Part shown: positions 61,368 to 64,000 of the stretch, piece by piece
Layout: each line of letters opens with the position of its first letter
How positions within the stretch are numbered: position 1 is the stretch's first letter
Source: Rhodosorus marinus CCMP1338
Taxonomy: Eukaryota > Plantae > Rhodophyta
DNA length: 64,000 nucleotides
Assembly (NCBI GenBank): GCA_029953675.1
Contig: JAMWBK010000006.1
Coordinates: 1,426,001 to 1,490,000, forward strand
Direction: 5' to 3'
Program-made: the position numbers and the translations under genes
The notes under the pieces: generated by a model
The model's input: only the letters and a program-made list of their open reading frames with translations
The model's database searches: none
What the model was told of the DNA's origin: nothing

Positions 61368-62348
61368 ATGGAAAAAATTCTCTATCCCCCCGGTGAGTGT
61401 GGGTGGGGTGGGTGTGTGGGGTAATGGCCACTCCCCCCTGTGCAATGGTTGTGTAGGGCTTTTCAATGGGAAGGCTGTCTTTTTTTTTTGTGGTTACATT
61501 TGCGTTTCTGTGCAATTTTGTTCTTGTTGTGCAATTGTTTACGCGGGGGGGGACACAGGTTGCTTGGGCAAAAAAAACAACGAAATCGCCTTGATCCAGT
61601 CTCTGATGGCCGCTTACAACCTCCCGCAATCAACGGTTTGTAGGGTTCCAACTTAAGAACAGAAATATTCAGTTGGTGGATCGCGAGGGAATGGAATGAA
61701 GAATGCGTCTCTAGAACGGGTGTTAGTACGAGTCGTTTCTCTTGGCTATATTGTGGCCACAGGATAACTTGAGTTGCAGCGCTCGTAGCTGCTAACGGCC
61801 CTGCGGCAGTTTGTCACCACGCAGTCTTGAGTTGCACGCTTCAGTGATAATTAGCTGTGAGCAACATATTTATACATCACCTGGCAGCCGCATGCACTCC
61901 GTCCTGTCTGTGCAATTGTCGAGCCGTGAGAAGGGGAATATGAAGTGATTGTGGCCCTTCACTGCCTTGCAATGGACTTGTTCCAATGGCCGGGGCAGGT
62001 TGTCGCAGCACGCAAAGCTGACGTACAACTATTTTAAACGGACGAACTCTTTTAAGCTTGCGGGCGAGTTTACTGGCCTGGTCATCCGGTCTTCGATCGT
62101 TCGCAATGACACCTCACGAATGTCCTCCACACGTTCATCGCCAGTATGGACTGTAGTTAGCGTGGGAAGGACACGGCCATGTGTGTGCATAGTCAACTGC
62201 AAGGGTTTCCTTCCTCCACGGGTTGGTCCACTATGATGAGGAGTTACGGACTGGATGTACAGTGTCTCAGTTCGTCTCAGACATACGTACACGTGACGAG
62301 GACGACAGCATCTATCTACTATCTACTAGTCCTCTGCACTTGTGCTAA
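61368..62348 (+). CDS. Probable multi-exon hypothetical gene
   Basis: MEKILYPP|GTGAGT..CAG|GCLGKKNNEIALIQSLM..; later protein-like frames GEYEVIVALHCLAMDLF and VSFLHGLVHYDEELRTG..*. Middle junctions unresolved. Confidence 0.35.
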
Positions 62349-62470
62349 GCTTCTAAACAATCTCTTATTTCATTTAATTTGTACATGCTATTTGCTCTTC
62401 AGCTTCTCCCATCTCGGCAACGATAAAATATAATAGTTTCTCCTTCAGGAATCAGTTGAACTTCGCCCCT

Positions 62471-63972
62471 TCAAGCGAGCACGACCGGTTCCTTCACTTG
62501 CTCGATAGTAGCTACAGCAGTAGCGCCCGGGTTGTTGCTCGAACTCCCATGGCCCTTTGCTGATTGCGTGCAAGTACTACTCCCAGCAGCCTGATCCCTT
62601 GCAACGTCACGTGCGACATCCTCAGTTATTTCTACTTCCTTGCTCTTGACATCGGAACTCGAGTCAGTGTCCACTGCCTCAAGTCGTCTTTCTTCCGAAC
62701 GCACGTGCGCGGATACACTTGAAGCCGATGCTGTAGAAGATGAAGGCCCAGCACCTCCTCGGTCTTCCAGTTTTATGTTCTTCTTGTCGTTCATCTTGTC
62801 GTTGGGAGGTAAATAAGGTTCATTCTTAATAACGGAGGCCGGATCCCACACATCCCCGGTCGGTAATTTCTCAGAGGAGTACGGGCTTCCCCAAGAGAGT
62901 TCAACAGGTAGACGGTTAGGCGCGCTAGGATGCACATCCATGAACGGAAGGAACAAGCCAAAGAGAAGAACGAACATGAACATCACGCGCATATTGCCGC
63001 CTCCGGCGCCGGTATCTGCCACTGCCGGTCGCGGTGTGATCGGCGTGATCAAACCCTAAAATAGTCAATTAGAGTTGGAGAAGATGAGCCACCTATTTGA
63101 AGACCAGAATAGCAAACGACTGATTGAGAATTATTTCCCTCATCGTTTACCTGGAAGACCTCCGACAGGAAAACTGGCCCAATATCAAGGCCAGTACCCT
63201 TCTGAATCTCTTCCGGGTCGCTCTCCGATGGTAGTGTTGACGGCGCTGGAGATCCTCCAGACACGGATACTTGTTCCCTTAGTCCCGCGACCTCAGCACG
63301 AAGTTTCGCCAATTCATCCTTCAAGTCTCCGTTCTGCTTCTGAACTTCGTCCCTCACGTTCTCAGACTTCAGCAACGCAGCTTCAAGCTCTTTCGTGTAA
63401 ACACGACGACGGATACGAGAAATGTACGCAGTCTTCCGGTTCTTCTTAAGCCGTTCCTCATGCTTCGAGCTCTCGGTCTTCTGACGCTTGCCGTCGCTGC
63501 TCTGTTCCTCATTTACGCCCTCCTCAGCAGCACGCTTCCTATCGCGCTGCTGGGAAGATGCCGTCGCGGCCTGTTGGGCCTTCTTCTTCGCAGACTCAAT
63601 GGCATACCGCCCGCTGCTACTTCCTTTAGGTAGGGGTTGCGCAGCGTCATCGCCACTGTCATCCCATGAGTGCTCCGTCGCTGTCATGTTCTCAACCACG
63701 GGTGTCGACTCGACTGCAGCCGATACTTTCAGATTGGCCGCCTTGACAGCAGGCCGGGCTTCAGAAGAGGCAGCAGTTGTTGACGAAGGCAAGCTGTACG
63801 GGTTGTTCTCTTCAAAGCTGACTTTGAAAAGCTCATCAGGGAAAAGAAGCTCGTTGTCTTCGACGTTCATATAGGGGCCTTCTTCAATTGGCTCAAGGCT
63901 CGGGAAGCTATCCGAAAGTTCCTTCAAATCCACCTCCAAATCCCCCTGCTTCGAATAGTTCTCAAACATCAT
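62471..63972 (-). CDS. Membrane-anchored bZIP transcription factor (ATF6/bZIP17-28-like topology); true start may lie beyond the window
   Basis: Basic region RLKKNRKTAYISRIRRR plus leucine zipper; 95-nt intron 63056-63150 (GTAAAC..CTAAT..TTTAG) joins in frame to the TM MRVMFMFVLLFGLFLPF and a ~170-aa tail. Confidence 0.85.
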
Positions 63973-64000
63973 CTTGGCGTTTCCGTTTCCTCCTCGATTT

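Noticed and set aside
60915-61391. Similarity between ATGGAAGGAAAGCTCTCTACCCCCC and ATGGAAAAAATTCTCTATCCCCCC
   Set aside because: Short, gapped and low complexity; insufficient to claim duplicated first exons.
62980-63055. IRE1-type twin stem-loops before the bZIP TM region
   Set aside because: CNGNNG hexamers occur, but I could not fold them into paired 7-nt loops.

Overview
Gene-dense eukaryotic nuclear DNA with many short (about 50-150 nt) GT-AG introns carrying CTAAC/CTGAC branch points, so the ORF track fragments most genes. CDS spans below run start-to-stop across introns that I inferred by eye. N-terminal M(A/V)xFV-type plastid transit peptides without signal peptides, plus PAB, RUS, PHR2 and plastid NFU genes, point to a primary-plastid alga, probably a compact unicellular red alga (inference). 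I recognise about 20 genes: anoctamin, ferrochelatase, LPCAT/LPEAT, an FHA-repeat-SAP protein, RNPS1/SR45, ARMC6, GIY-YIG-NFU, RlmD/TrmA-like methyltransferase, LCMT1, PAB, TspO, an S4 protein, CWC15, RUS, a tandem-BRK protein, V-ATPase G, DUF1445, Mn-CDF, Sec1, a Tat-signal protein, PHR2 and a membrane bZIP. There are also several low-confidence hypothetical genes, a decayed Ty3/gypsy pol remnant, minisatellites and CCAAT clusters. I recognised no rRNA, tRNA or CRISPR. Strongest leads: (1) a Ki-67-like protein (Ki-67-type FHA, about 17 CDK-site repeats, PP1 RVxF motif, SAP domain); (2) a plastid ferrochelatase with an intron-split internal C-X5-CC-X9-C motif resembling the myxobacterial [2Fe-2S] class; (3) an anoctamin whose Ca2+ site is neutralised or charge-reversed; (4) a membrane bZIP where retention of one intron would remove the TM anchor; (5) a helicase-free tandem BRK protein. 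No database searches were run; family calls rest on remembered motifs.
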